Positions 19,878 to 31,741 of a DNA stretch of 34,814 bases are shown in pieces. Each line of letters starts with the position of its first letter. Positions within the stretch are counted from its first letter, which is position 1. Below the pieces are notes generated by a model. It was not told the DNA's origin. It was given only the letters and a program-made list of their open reading frames with translations, and did not search any database. Position numbers and translations under genes: made by a program. This stretch comes from Chiloscyllium plagiosum (Eukaryota): the NCBI RefSeq assembly GCF_004010195.1, contig NW_025213636.1, forward strand, positions 1-34,814. The letters are read 5' to 3'.

Positions 19878-20529
19878 GAAATACTTAACAGTAATCTTTG
19901 TTTAATATATCACTTCAAACAACCTACCACCACTCAATGCCTGGAGTTTTGGTTGGAGAATATCTAACTGGAAGTTACCAGCACTCAAAAAGACCACAGC
20001 TTAAGAAATATCAGCCAGCAAACCATATTTAAAAAAAACACAAGCAGACGCATAGAGAACACCACTAAAGACTCACCAGTCCTAAAACAGCTCGATTCCC
20101 ATTATTGTTAAATACGTATTTTTAAACTGTCAGCATCAACTGTGTGAGGGAGATATCAAGGGGTTTAAAATGTGCCATTAATCTTATCGCATTTTATTGC
20201 TGCACAGCATCCTACTTTGTCCTGCAAGTCTAGCTCCACCCTGACGAGAGCACTGCATAGATAACATGTCCCGTCAAAGGTACAAATGCAAATCAGAGGG
20301 GACCACATTTGCTCTGCGGGAAAAAGCCACCACCAATTCCAAAAATACAGCCTTCAGTCTAAGCGTCACCAGCTTCCTTGTTTCACATTGCTCTTATAAG
20401 CGGGACCTTCATCGCTTCCTTATGACAAAAGCAGTCAACATTTTGAGTTGCATCTCAACGCGCTACTTAAAAGGTTTCAGACATGGTTAGTTTCAGGGAT
20501 ACAAGGCTCATGCCAGAGAATCATGTGTA

Positions 20530-21185
20530 AAACTTGAGATGGCACTCCAGTGCAGTACTGAGGTGGTGCTGTATTACTTGGAGCTGTTGTCCTTTGCATG
20601 AGATATCAAACTAGCCCTTCCCAATGTTTTCCCCCTCTCCCTTCCACTGCGATCTCAGTTCAAGACTTGAAAATTGCTGTGACCCCCGTCGTTAAGAACT
20701 GACAGTAAAGGAGGGCAAAACTACAGCAGTCTCCAAAAATCTACCTTTTTACTGACTTTGGTGCAGCAGGAATCAGTTTTCAAAATAAAAGCAAGGTCTT
20801 AAAGGGACCTCGCAGCTGTGGACAACTCGTCAGAGCTGCATGACAACCGTTGCTACCTTGGAGCTCATAACCCCATAACCTCAATCACAACCCCCACTGG
20901 ACCTGCGGTCTACCTTTTGGGAAGTCCTGTATTAAACCAAAGCTCAAATCAGCCAATAAAAAAAATATTGTACAACATTATCTGAAGACGTGCAGGGGGA
21001 ACTTCTCTTCGTGCCCTGTCTGACATGTATCAAATCATTTAATCACGTTTACTGTTTGTGGGATCATGCTGTGCACATTTGGTAGTTGCCTTTCTTAAAT
21101 TATTAATTGCACTTCAAAAGTGCTCAATTGACTGGAAACACATTGCAGTCAGTGTTCGGAGGTCATGAAACCTCCTATGTACAAC
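20530..21185 (+). mobile_element. Old Deu-domain SINE in two pieces (about 20530-20640 and 20980-21185)
   Basis: ctccagtgcagtactgagg..gtgctg..ctttgcatgagatatcaaac, then actgtttgtgggatcatgctgtgcac...cacttcaaaagtg. Confidence 0.6.
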
Positions 21186-21276
21186 CCAGCCTCATGCAGT
21201 GTGTTTAGTTCCAACACCAGCTATTTCCTTTCTGATTTTGGTAAGCAAGACTACAAACTAGGAATCAATTTAAACA

Positions 21277-21716
21277 CAAATTCACCTGCACCTCCACACA
21301 CATCATTTACTGCATCCGTTGCACCCGATGTGGCCTCCTATACATTGGGGAGACAGGCCGCCTACTTGCAGAACGTTTCAGGGAACACCTCTGGGACACC
21401 CGGACCAACCAACTCAAACGCCCCGTGGCTGAACACTTTACCTCCCCCTCCCACTCCGCCAAGGACATGCAGGTCCTTGGACTCCTCCATCGACAGACCA
21501 TGGCAACATGACGCTCCTTCCACCTATCGTATTCCCAACGCCCCTCCCCCAAGTCCCTGCTCCCTACCTTTTGTCTTAGCCTGCTTGGCACACCTTCCTC
21601 ATTCCTGAAGAAGGGCTTATGCCCAAAACGTCGATTTTCCTGCTCCTTGGATGCTGCCTGACCTGCTGCGCTTTTCCAGCTCTGATCTCCAACATCTGCA
21701 GTCCTCACTTTCTCCT
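21277..21716 (+). mobile_element. Penelope-like element family A 3' fragment
   Basis: GIY-YIG coding sequence (atcatttactgcatccgttgcacccgatgtggcctcctatacattggggag = IIYCIRCTRCGLLYIGE). Flanked by a 14-bp direct repeat aatcaatttaaaca (21263-21276, 21717-21730). Confidence 0.9.
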
Positions 21717-21879
21717 AATCAATTTAAACAAATCAGGACAATTCTGTACAGCACAACTGGGCTCAATGCAAACTTGTACACAATTGTCAAACTGATTTCA
21801 TGACAAGATGTTACTGAGGTGATTGCTAGTGAGGCTACAGTAGTGTGCACTATTGACACAGAGGACAGAGACCCCAAAA

Positions 21880-22215
21880 TAAGCAGCTATTCCGGCTCCC
21901 AATGTATCAGAGAGAAATCCATCTTTTGGTTGAAATACGACATCATGTTTCCATCAGTGTGTCTTTTGGATATAAAAGGCCCTGTGGCACTGTTTTCCGA
22001 ATTCTTCTCAGTTTCCTGGCTAATATTTACCCTTCAACTAGCAACATGGAGCACAGATTATCTGCTCATTTATCTTTTTTACTGCCTGAGAGAGTGTAGG
22101 TGCAAATTGCCTGCTGACTTTCTTCCATTACAATTGAGAACTAGGAAGCACTTTGATGGTCATAAAATACTTGAGAGCATGCTGAGATCATGACAGATCC
22201 TGCACTTGCAAATAT
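21880..22215 (+). mobile_element. Old Deu-domain SINE
   Basis: tggcactgtttt...tcctggctaatatttacccttcaac...agattatctgctcatttatc...aagcactttg. Confidence 0.6.
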
Positions 22216-22440
22216 TTGCAAACCCCATATTTACAAACTGCAAGTTTGCTCCTCACTCTCTTTTGGAAACCAATACAAATAATGAACTAAATAAACCAAT
22301 GATAGCCCCTTAAAGGGGCAGTGTAACTAAATGCAGATATTCAAAAGCAAGCTTACAAGGTTGAATTTCAATGTTGTGCCCAGATCTGATGACACACTCT
22401 AACCTCTGCAGTGCTCATTGGAGATGGAAGGTGCTCAGAG

Positions 22441-22590
22441 TGTCCAAGTTTGTGCAGGCTAGGTAGACCAGCCATAGGAAATGGAGGGTTACAGGGATAG
22501 GGTCTGGGTCTGGGTGGGATATGCTTCAGAGGGTCAGTGAACACTCGATGGGCCAAATAGCCTGCTTCCACACTGCAGGGATTCCATAAA
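22441..22590 (+). mobile_element. HE1-type SINE, 3' half
   Basis: tgtgcaggctaggt...gggtctgggtgggat..ttcagagggtcagtg..ccacactgcagggatt. Confidence 0.75.
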
Positions 22591-22803
22591 GATCTGAGAT
22601 GTATCCACACTCCACTGGCGTAGAGATGTGTTTTTCAGATGAGTTTCAGGTTATTACCTCAAAGTCAGATGAATTGGTAGGACCAACGAATATGAGACTT
22701 ATTGGACACAGACAAATTGACTAGTTGATCTTGTACAATATGGCACACAGGAGTCAAAATTTAATTTAGTATTTCAACTGTAAGTGGGGTTAGTAAATAT
22801 TCA

Positions 22804-23441
22804 GGAGAAAGTGAAAACTGCAGATGCTGGAGCTCAGAGTTGAGAGTGTGGTGCTGGAAAAGCACAGCGACATCAGGCAGCATCTGAGGAGTCGGAGAAT
22901 CGATGTTTCGGGCATAAGTTCTTCATCAGGAATGAGGCTTGTGGGTTAGGTCTGAGAGATAAATGAGAGTAGGGTGGGGTTGGGGCAGGAAGCTGGGAAA
23001 GCGATAGGTGGATGAAGGTGAGGGAGAAGGTGAAGGTCAATGGGAGGAGTGATGGACGGGTCCGGAGGGAGGTGCAGAGTTCAAGGATTGGGACTGGGAT
23101 AATGTAGGGGGAGGGGAAATGAGGAAGCTGTTGAAATCCACATTCATTCCGTGTGGCTGCAGGGTCCCAAGGTGAAATATGAGGCATTCCTCCTCCAGGT
23201 GTCAGGTGATAAAGGTTTGGCAATGGAGGAGGCCCAGAACCTGCATGTCCTTGACTGAGTGGGAGGGGGAGTTGAAGTATTCAGCCACAGGGCGGTGGGA
23301 TTGGTGGGTGCGGGTGTCCCAGAGATGTTCTCTGAAACGATCTGCAAGAAGGCGTCCTGTATCTCCGATGTAGAGGAGACCACACCGGGTGCAAAGGATG
23401 CAGTAGATGACATTGGTAGAGGTAAAGGTAAATTTCTGATG
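22804..23441 (-). mobile_element. Penelope-like element family A 3' fragment (GIY-YIG endonuclease plus terminal repeat)
   Basis: ORF NVIYCILCTRCGLLYIGDTGRLLADRFREH. Flanked by a near-identical 14-bp direct repeat ttagtaaaYattca (22790-22803, 23458-23471). Confidence 0.92.
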
Positions 23442-23679
23442 GTAAACATTCAGTAAATTAGTAAACATTCAAACTAGTTAAGGTGGGCATTTTGAAACAT
23501 TAAGTTCTGTCCTTGAGTGATGACACTGAAGTCATGATTTGGGCAGGCTGTATAATAAAAAGCTGATCAGCTGTGGAGGAATATGTTGACTCGGACATAG
23601 TGTCAACTGTTGAAAGTGTAACAAAAACAAAAAAAAATGTAGATTCAAATGAATTTTAGACAATCATAGATAGCAAACC

Positions 23680-24600
23680 CAAATCTATCACTTTTTGAAT
23701 TCTAGGATAGAAACCACGCAGTCTCAGGGGTTTTAGTCCCTTAAACGTTTCCAATACTTTTCCTCAGCTGATATTAATTAGTCTAATCTCCTCGGTCATT
23801 TTTGTTTCCTAAAATTGTCTCAATTTCTTATGGGCAACTAGAGTCGTCTAATGTTAAGGCAGAAAAGTTATTTGTGCAATGTGTCTGCTATTTCCTTATC
23901 CCTCCTTATAATTTCTCCCATTTCTGCTCCTAAGGAACCAAACCTTACTAATAGCTACTCTATTCCTTTGTATATGCTTATTTGAACTCTTTTTTTAAAA
24001 TTATATTCCTGGCTGGTTTACTCTCCCATTCTATTTTTGCCCCTTTTTCTCTAATCTTTGATGCCTCTTTGCTGATTATAGTACACTGCTTATTATAATT
24101 TGCTACTGCTCTTTACATTATCATACTTTTCTCTTAATCTAATATCTTTTACATTCTGAGGGATGGATCTAGCTTGCTGAGTTTTTCTTTTGATGGAATG
24201 AATTTTCATTGTATATCTTGAACTGATTTTGTTTTACATGTTACCCATAGTTCATTTACCACCACATCCCTTGACGAATTTACCTGAGCCAATTTATCAT
24301 AATGCCTACATCATTGGTTTTGTTTCAGTTCAACATGTTTCCTTGTGTTACATCAGTTTCAAACTAAACATGGTATCCAATGATATTGTGATCACTACTC
24401 CCCACAGGATCATTTATTATGAAACTGTTAATTAATTCTGCCTCATTACACAACACTAGATCTAAGATAGATTCATCCCTAGTCATTCATAATTATTGCT
24501 CCAGAAAGCCAACAAAATAAATATTTCACAAGCTCATTGACTAGACCGCTCTTACCAAGTTGATTGTCTGATTCTACATGAAGACTGTCCACTACAATTA
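23680..24600 (-). mobile_element. Old, highly decayed CR1 ORF2 fragment
   Basis: T-rich + strand with gtctgctatttccttat..ttataatttctcc..tctgctcctaagg and gatcactactcccc, typical of antisense CR1. No ORF remains. Confidence 0.5.
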
Positions 24601-24644
24601 TTGTAAGTTCCAATACTTTATTACTGAATGCTGTACTGTTAAGT

Positions 24645-24886
24645 GTGTCCTAAGGGGCAACTCTTTCACTCAGAGGGTGGTGCATGTATGGAATGAGCTG
24701 CCACAGGAAGTGGTGGAGGCTAGTACAGTTACAGCATTTAAAAGGCATCTGGATGGGTATATGAATAGGAAGGGTTTAGAGTGCCAAGTGCTGGCAAATG
24801 GGACTAGATTAGGTTAGGATAGGTGGTCGGTATGGAAGAGTTGGACCGAAGGGCCTGTTTCCGTGCTGTACATCTCTATGACTCTA
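24645..24886 (+). mobile_element. CR1/HER1 LINE 3' end
   Basis: LRGNSFTQRVVHVWNELPQEVVEA..FKRHLDGYM with a ctctatgactct tail. Confidence 0.9.
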
Positions 24887-25304
24887 GTTGAGTGATGGAA
24901 AAGCATATTCATAAAGTATACAGCATTAACTGCATTGAATGTGGAACCGTTTGAAACTAATTTTGCTTTTTAAAATGGACAGTAGTGGCTGCCATGGGTC
25001 ACCTGACTCTTGGTGTGGTAATCTTTGAGCCTCCAGACGATCTCAAAAGGAAAAAGACTGCAGGTGTCACTACTCATCTCCTAAAAGGTACTTCCTGACT
25101 CAAATGGATCATTCTGAAACAAGACACTGTCTGAATGTCTCAGTCCCCCAGCTGAATGTTTGGAAACAATAATCTCGTTACGGGCAATTTGCAAAAGCTC
25201 AGCACCATATCTGGTGAGGAACCAGATGGTAAGGCACCCCACATTGGTCGCCCAATGAGTGCTGGTCTGCAGAAAGACACAACTTTGCTGCCACTGCTGT
25301 TTTA

Positions 25305-25712
25305 GCAGTTATAGAGGCACAGAGTGATATAGCACAGAAACAAACCCTTCAGTCCAATCAGTCCATGTCGACCATAATCCCAAACTAAACTAGTCCCACC
25401 TGCCTGCTCCTTTTCCTATTCATATACTTATCTGAATGTTTTTTAAACGTTGTGACTGCACCTGCATCCACCACTTGCTCTGGAAGTTCATTCCACACAT
25501 GAACCACCCTCTCTTGTAAAAAAAATTTTTTAAATCTTTCTCTTCTCCTTAGTCTTGAAATCCCCCATCCTAGGGAAAAGACAACGACCCAAACCCCTTA
25601 TTATTTTATAAACTTCTATAAAGCCGCCTCTCAGCCTCCCACGCTCAAATGAAAAATGTCCCAGCCCATCCAGCCTTTCTTTATAACTCAAATCTTCCAG
25701 ACCGAACAACAT
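25305..25712 (-). mobile_element. CR1/HER1 LINE 3' fragment
   Basis: LEDLSYKERLDGLGHFSFERGRLRGGFIEVYKI on the minus strand, plus tail. Confidence 0.88.
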
Positions 25713-25819
25713 GTTAAGAAGGAATTAGCATCTATCCCTCAAGAGTCAGACACAGTAAGATCATAAGGTCTCACAGATGTTCCTTTACGAGTCCACTTAT
25801 TAGCAAACTGACCTCCAAC

Positions 25820-26165
25820 AGTGGTGGTGGCATAGTCATTGCATTTGTGATTCAGAAGCCCAGACACTGCTCTGGTATCAGGTGTTCAAACCAGTCAATC
25901 TGGAATATAAAGTTAGTCTCAGTATTGGTGACCATGAAACGTTGCACAAAATCCATCTGGTTCACTAACGCTATTTAGGGTAGAAAATCTGCAATCCTCA
26001 CCTGGTCTGGCCTACACCCGACTCCAAACCCATTTATGTGACTGAATGGCAAACTGCCCCCTGAAATCATCAAGCCAGTCACTCAGCTCAGGAGCAGTTA
26101 AGGATGGACAAAGCTTTCTGACACCACAAGAGATGCCCACATTCCATGAAAGAATAAAGAAAAAC
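25820..26165 (+). mobile_element. tRNA-derived SINE family B
   Basis: ggtgaccatgaaac..atccatctggttcactaa..cctggtctggcctaca..gatgcccacattccatgaaagaataaa. Confidence 0.8.
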
Positions 26166-26639
26166 ATTAATTCCATGATCCACAGAAAGTCCAGCTATTG
26201 AAAGGTTCCTGCGAGGACTCTGGCGAACATCATCAGATATTGAACTTATCCAGCTTGCTTTTCCCACATGATGTCCTCTACTTCATTGGGGCCAGCACCC
26301 AACACTTTCCAAGACAAGCCAAACACATGCATCTTGAACTTTCTTTTTGTAAAACTGCAATATTCCCTTAAACTACATTATGCTCAAGTCTCAAAGAATG
26401 TGGGTAAGTGAGTGAAAAGCTGCGTTAAGATTTTCATGGTTATGAAACTCAGAGACTTGCTGCTGGTTTTCAAGTGGTGTACACACTCAGGTGGTCAGAA
26501 ATATATACGTCTTCCTTTCCAAACAAAAAAAACCCATTCAGTATTGGGAGAAAACAGTGCATTCAAATGTCTCATACCTTTGCATAATAGGGAGTTAACA
26601 ATCTACTCCCACCAGCATTTTCTGATTTTGCTTTAATTT

Positions 26640-27070
26640 ATTCATAGGATTAGATTCCCTACAGTGTGAAAACAGGCCCTTCAGCCCAACAAGTCCACAC
26701 GACCCTCCGAAAAGCAACTCACCCAGACCCATTGCCCTACACCTAACATTATGGATCTCTGGATGAGGATGGTAAGCCCAACATTTATTTCCAACACCTA
26801 ATAGCCCAAAGGACGGTTAAGATTTAACCACATTGCTGTAGATCTGTCGGCCAGACCAGGTGAGCACAGCAGATTTCCTTCCCTAAAGGACATTAGGGAA
26901 CCAGCTGGCCTTTTTTTAACAGCTAACATGGGCACCATCAGGCTAATTCTTTTTTTTAAATTCCAGATTTTTACTGAATTCAAACTGAACAAACAGCCAG
27001 GATGAGATTTGAACTCACATTTGCTGGGATTCCAGAGGTTACCACTGACAGAATCACTGTACTACCACCT
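26640..27070 (-). mobile_element. SINE family B (-) with an HE1 3' fragment (about 26648-26755) inserted at its tail
   Basis: aaccacattgctg..gccagaccaggt..gcagatttccttccctaaaggacattag, plus the attagattccctacagtgtg HE1 tail. Confidence 0.75.
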
Positions 27071-27074
27071 CCCT

Positions 27075-27690
27075 CTGAATCAGCCCCGATTCTTGAGTTG
27101 CCTCGTTTCTGCATGTACAGATTCAACCTTTGAGGCCACGCTGTGTATCACTGAAGTCTTCTTGCTCCCAGAGCCAACCATCTTCCCCTGCCATTCTCTG
27201 TCTGTCTTTCTGAAACATTTACACCCTTGGAATATTTGTTTCCTACCTTCAATCACAATACAACCACGTCTCTGTAACGGCGATTACATCTAAAGCATTT
27301 ACCTCTATTTGCGCCTATAGCTCATCAACCACACTGTAGATCCTTCCTGCGTTCAGATAAAGAACCTCTAATTTCACTTTTAATTACTTCCTGCATTGGC
27401 CTTATTTGCTGATGCACAACTAGTGCTAAACTCTTCAGCCGTTCCTGTTCTTAGCGTACATCGCTGCACAGTCATGTTGTCCTGACCCCTCTTCATCTGA
27501 ACCCACTCAACACACCCCCTGCATGCCCAGACCCCACTACATGCTTGAAGCCCTGTCCATAGCCCTAGTTATAGGATCAGCCAAACTACCAGCTCTAGCC
27601 TGGTTCAATGGAGCCTATCCCAACAGAATTGCTCCCACTTCTCTAAGTAGCAATGCCACTGCCTGTGAAAGCACTTCTTCCCCATCAATA
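27075..27690 (-). mobile_element. Old CR1 fragment containing the start of the APE endonuclease
   Basis: Minus strand encodes DVIAVTETWL (~27262-27290) and FQGCKCFRK.DR (~27200-27235). Confidence 0.75.
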
Positions 27691-27975
27691 CAGTGGCTCA
27701 GCGGTTAGCCCGGCTGCCTCACAACGCCAGAGATCCAAGTTCAATCCCGTCCTTGGGGCGACTGTCTGTGTGGAATTTACACTTTCTCCGGGTGCTCCAC
27801 TTTCCTGCCACAATCCAAAGATGTGAAGGTTAGGTGGGTTGGCCATGCCAAATCGTCCAGAGACGTGCGGGCTAGGTGGATTACCATGGGAAATGCAGGA
27901 TTATAGGGTGGTCTGTATGGGGATGTTCTTCAGGGGGTCAGTGAATCACCTGCTTCCACACTGTAGGGACTCTGA
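27690..27975 (+). mobile_element. HE1-type V-SINE
   Basis: gtggctcagcggttagc..gctgcctcac..gttcaatccc head with the standard tail. Confidence 0.85.
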
Positions 27976-28763
27976 CCCTCTGAGCTCACACTTTAAAGTT
28001 TCCAACACAAAAAAAATTGCAAACTCCCAACTGCCCCCCAGCCCCCACCCCCCACTTTTGGTTTTGCTCCACTTTCCTGTGAAGTCGATGTCATTTCTTT
28101 TGACCACTTCTGGCATAATGAGACATTCGCCGAAACGTTTTACAGAAGTAAGCGGGGTCAAGGGCAGTTGTAACGGAAGAACTCTGAGTTAGTCTCACAC
28201 GTTGCCGGGTCTGCTGACACAGGCAACTCATTTCTCCCACTCTTAATTACAGAGCACCGGAGCAGGCAAGAATGACCACTGTGAAAGATTCCCCGCTGAT
28301 TTCGTGCTTACCCACTTAGCATTCTAACCATGTCTTGCTTTACAGCTGGATATTAAATGAAAACCCTGGATTCATTCTTGCTCTTCCAACCCAACTTGAA
28401 CCTGTTAACTCCTTAATCCCCTCAAAACAAGCAAAGTAGCATATGTGCAGGCAACAGCAGCGTACTGAGTATTGTTTCATCATAATAAGGTGCTGCACAA
28501 ACACTTTCTTATTTAACACTTCCTTTCAAGAAAACCAACCACTGACAGTGCTACCAAACAGATATTTTGCCATTTTTTTTTCCCCTCTGTCTCACCCCCA
28601 AAAGATCTTCCAGCGACCAACAGAGGTGTTGCATGAAAAAATATTGATTTAAAATCATAAAAAGTGCTTACAATGTTCCGCATCCAGTGCTAGAACTTAT
28701 TCTGCATGAATATTCATCCTACTGTGCAATTATATAGTTTCTTGCAGATATTGAGCCCAATTA

Positions 28764-29090
28764 ATCACAGAAGCCCTACAGTGTGAAAGCAGGCCATTCG
28801 CCCCATCGAGTCCAAACTGACTCTCCGAACAGCATCCCATCCAGACCCACCCCATCTCCTGTAACACTCCATTTCCAAAGATAAACCCATCTAGCCTGCA
28901 CATCCCTGGACACTTTAGCAATGGCCAATCCACCCTAACCTGCACACTGTGGGAGGAAACTGGAGCACCTGGAGGAACCTCACGAGACACAGGGAGTGAA
29001 CGTGCAAACTCCACACAGCAGTCGCCCGAGGCTGGGATCAAACAGGCGCTGTGAGGCAGCAGTGCTAACCACCGAGTCGCCGTGCTGCCC
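28764..29090 (-). mobile_element. HE1-type V-SINE
   Basis: ccctacagtgtgaaagcaggcc tail through to the ggcgctgtgaggcagcagtgctaaccac head. Confidence 0.88.
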
Positions 29091-30354
29091 CAACCAAAAC
29101 ACTTCAATTCGTCAAAGGCAAATTTGACATTCATGTAGTTCCACTGCGGGCAACATAGAAGCATTCCTCACAAAACCAGGAGAGACAATGCAGAAGCTAG
29201 GACCCTGAGTGAAAACCTCTTTTAAATGTAGAGTCAAGAAATGACTTCAGCAGTAATTACTGACTTAAGGAAAGTGAGATGAGAAAAGAGCAGACTTCAC
29301 TGACTCGAGTGTGTCTCAGGTACAGGTCTAGATTTTCACGTCATACTCCTTTATTCCATGCCATGCGTCTGCTACACACCTGGATCGTCCCTGGCCACAC
29401 ATATCTCCCGGTGTCTGATTGCGTTAAACCTCACACAGATGCACAATCTTTCTCACAGGCTGAGATTGCCACACGAGTCAAGACAGCGTTTAAATTTAAA
29501 CACTGTGGTGGCGTTCCGTTTTCTTTTCTACTCGATCAGTGGTGCTAATTAAATATCAGGCATTACTCACTGTCACAGAGTCTAACCAGGCTGCAAATGC
29601 GGGTGCACAGACACAAGCAAGTCACGGCAACTCCACCTCCAGCACCAGCTGAGTCCGAGTCCGAGAAAGCTCATTGTTTGCAGTGCAGGCGCGATCCAAG
29701 TCTGCACGCTGCTCTCCCCACACCAGCATGTGCCACCCACTGAGCGAGAGTCTCACAGCAGCCTGGCACCATGCCAGCTACCCGACTAAAGGAAGCATAT
29801 TACTGACCGGCATGAGTCAACCCTCTTATAACTCCCGGAATAGCAGCTCAGCACCATGACTGGTGGAAAACAAAAAATGCAGTACAGCACAAAGTTAGTA
29901 AGTTACGCCGTGTACACTGCTCACGCCAACCGTTAGCCTCTTGCGAATGGAGCTTGTTACCATCAAACAGTCAGGTTAGATACAGGGGAGGCTGCCTAAT
30001 CAAACCCTGACAGTCAGAGGTGAACTCCCTTGTCTCTTTCACAAGCCAAGCACCAGGGTTCACTTCTACAGAGATTACTTTGAAAAGGACAAGCTGTGCT
30101 GCATGTTTTGCTTCAGATTCTTTAACAAGCTGAGGTTCTTGCTGTTAAAGGCCAGCAACTGTTGCCTTTCCCAAACAGAAAGTGATGGTGAATTGCCGTC
30201 TTCAACTGCTGCACGCTGTCTGGACGGGCTGATGCCACCTGAGTGGTTAGGTCAAATAGGATGCATTCGAAGGGAAGTGAACTCCATGGGGCAGGAAGGA
30301 ATGGGTTAATAGGGCAGATGACAGCAGGTTTGAGTGAAGCAGTTGGCCTATCAA

Positions 30355-31028
30355 GGAATACTTTTGGAATACTGCATTTAGTTCTGGTCTCCCTCCTGTA
30401 GGAAAGATGTGAAACTCGAACGGGTTTAGAAAGGTTTACGAGGATGTTGCCAGGGTTGGAGGATTTGACCTACAGGGAGAGGCTGAATAGACCGGGGCTG
30501 TTTTCCCTGGAGCGTTGGAGGCTGAGAGGTGACCTTATAAAATTATGAGGGGCATGGATAGGGTGAATAGGTAAAAACAATGACTGCAGATGCTGGAAAA
30601 CAGATTCTGGAGTACAGTGGTGCTGGAAAAGCACAGCAGTTCAGGCAGCATCCGAGGAACAGGAAAATCGACGTTTCGGGCAAAAGTCCTTCATCAGGAT
30701 AGGGTGAATAGTCATGGTCTATTCCCCAGGATAGGAGAGCCCAAAACTAGAGGGCATAGGTTTAAATGCGAAAAGGGAAGGATTTAAAAGGGACCTAAGG
30801 AGCATGCAGAAGGTGGTACGTGTATGGAATGAGCTGCCAGAGGAAGTGGTGGATGCTGGTGCAATTACAATATTTGAAAGGCATTGGGATGCATACATGA
30901 ATAGGAAAAGTTTAGAGGAATATGGGCCAATTGTTGTCATGTGGGACTTGATTAGGTTAGGATATCTGGTCAGCATGGACGAGTTGGACCGAAGGGTCTC
31001 TTTCACTTCTGTACCTCTCTATGACTAT
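30355..31028 (+). mobile_element. CR1/HER1 LINE 3' fragment with a nested PLE repeat
   Basis: ttggaatactgc..ttctggtctccc..ggaggctgagaggtgaccttat, then VRVWNELPEEVVDAG..FERHWDAYM and a ctctatgact tail. Confidence 0.9.
30571..30696 (-). mobile_element. Short PLE family A terminal-repeat insertion with a near-intact hammerhead core (30670-30697)
   Basis: Flanked by a 15-bp direct repeat ggatagggtgaatag (30556-30570, 30697-30711). Minus strand reads atc-CTGATGA-A-ggac-tttt-gccc-GAAAC-GTC-gat. Confidence 0.85.
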
Positions 31029-31419
31029 AATTCAATGCAATTTCAAACTCAAGAGTGCCCCCTGCTGCCCCTGTGTAATGCTACCATCCTCATGACTCTG
31101 AATGCAAACATTAGAAACTATTTTTAACTCATCAGTGGACACTATCACTGTTCAACCAATTATTTCCAAAGGATGGTTGAGTGTAGCCCACTACGGCAGC
31201 AAGGTCTCTCCCTCCTCAGCAATCTCACTTCACCAACTTGCTTTGTTTGCAGACAATTCTCCAAACATCATTAGCAATTGTGGACAGACCCAATCTGACT
31301 GTGGAAACATTCTCACTATATTCCAGTGATATACAAACAAACAAAGACTGAATGTGACTGTGTGCTGGACTCAAGCAAAAGGAGCTCAGATTCAGTTCAG
31401 CTCATCCTCCTTCCCAAAA

Positions 31420-31741
31420 CGTGGAGCTGCCGACGTTGGACTGGGATGGGAGAAAGTGAGGACTGCAGATACTAGCGACCAGAGCCGAGAGTGTGGTGCT
31501 GGAAAAGCACAGCAGGCGAGGCAGCATCCGAGGAGCAAGGGAATCGATGTTTCCAGCATAAGCCCTTCATCAGGGTTGATGCCCAATACATCGATTCTCC
31601 TGCTCCTCAGATGCTGTGCTTTTCCAGCAACACACTCTCAACTTGGACTGGAGTGGACAAAGTTAAAAATCACACAACAGCAGGTTATAGTCCAAAGGTT
31701 TATTTGGAAGAACTAGCTTTCGGAGTGCACTTCCTTCATCA
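31420..31741 (-). mobile_element. PLE family B terminal repeat containing a nested palindromic PLE family A insertion (about 31447-31642)
   Basis: ttggactgg is duplicated at 31436-31444 and 31643-31651. The outer element continues ggacaaagttaaaaatcacacaac..ggttatagtcc..ctagctttcggag. Confidence 0.78.
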
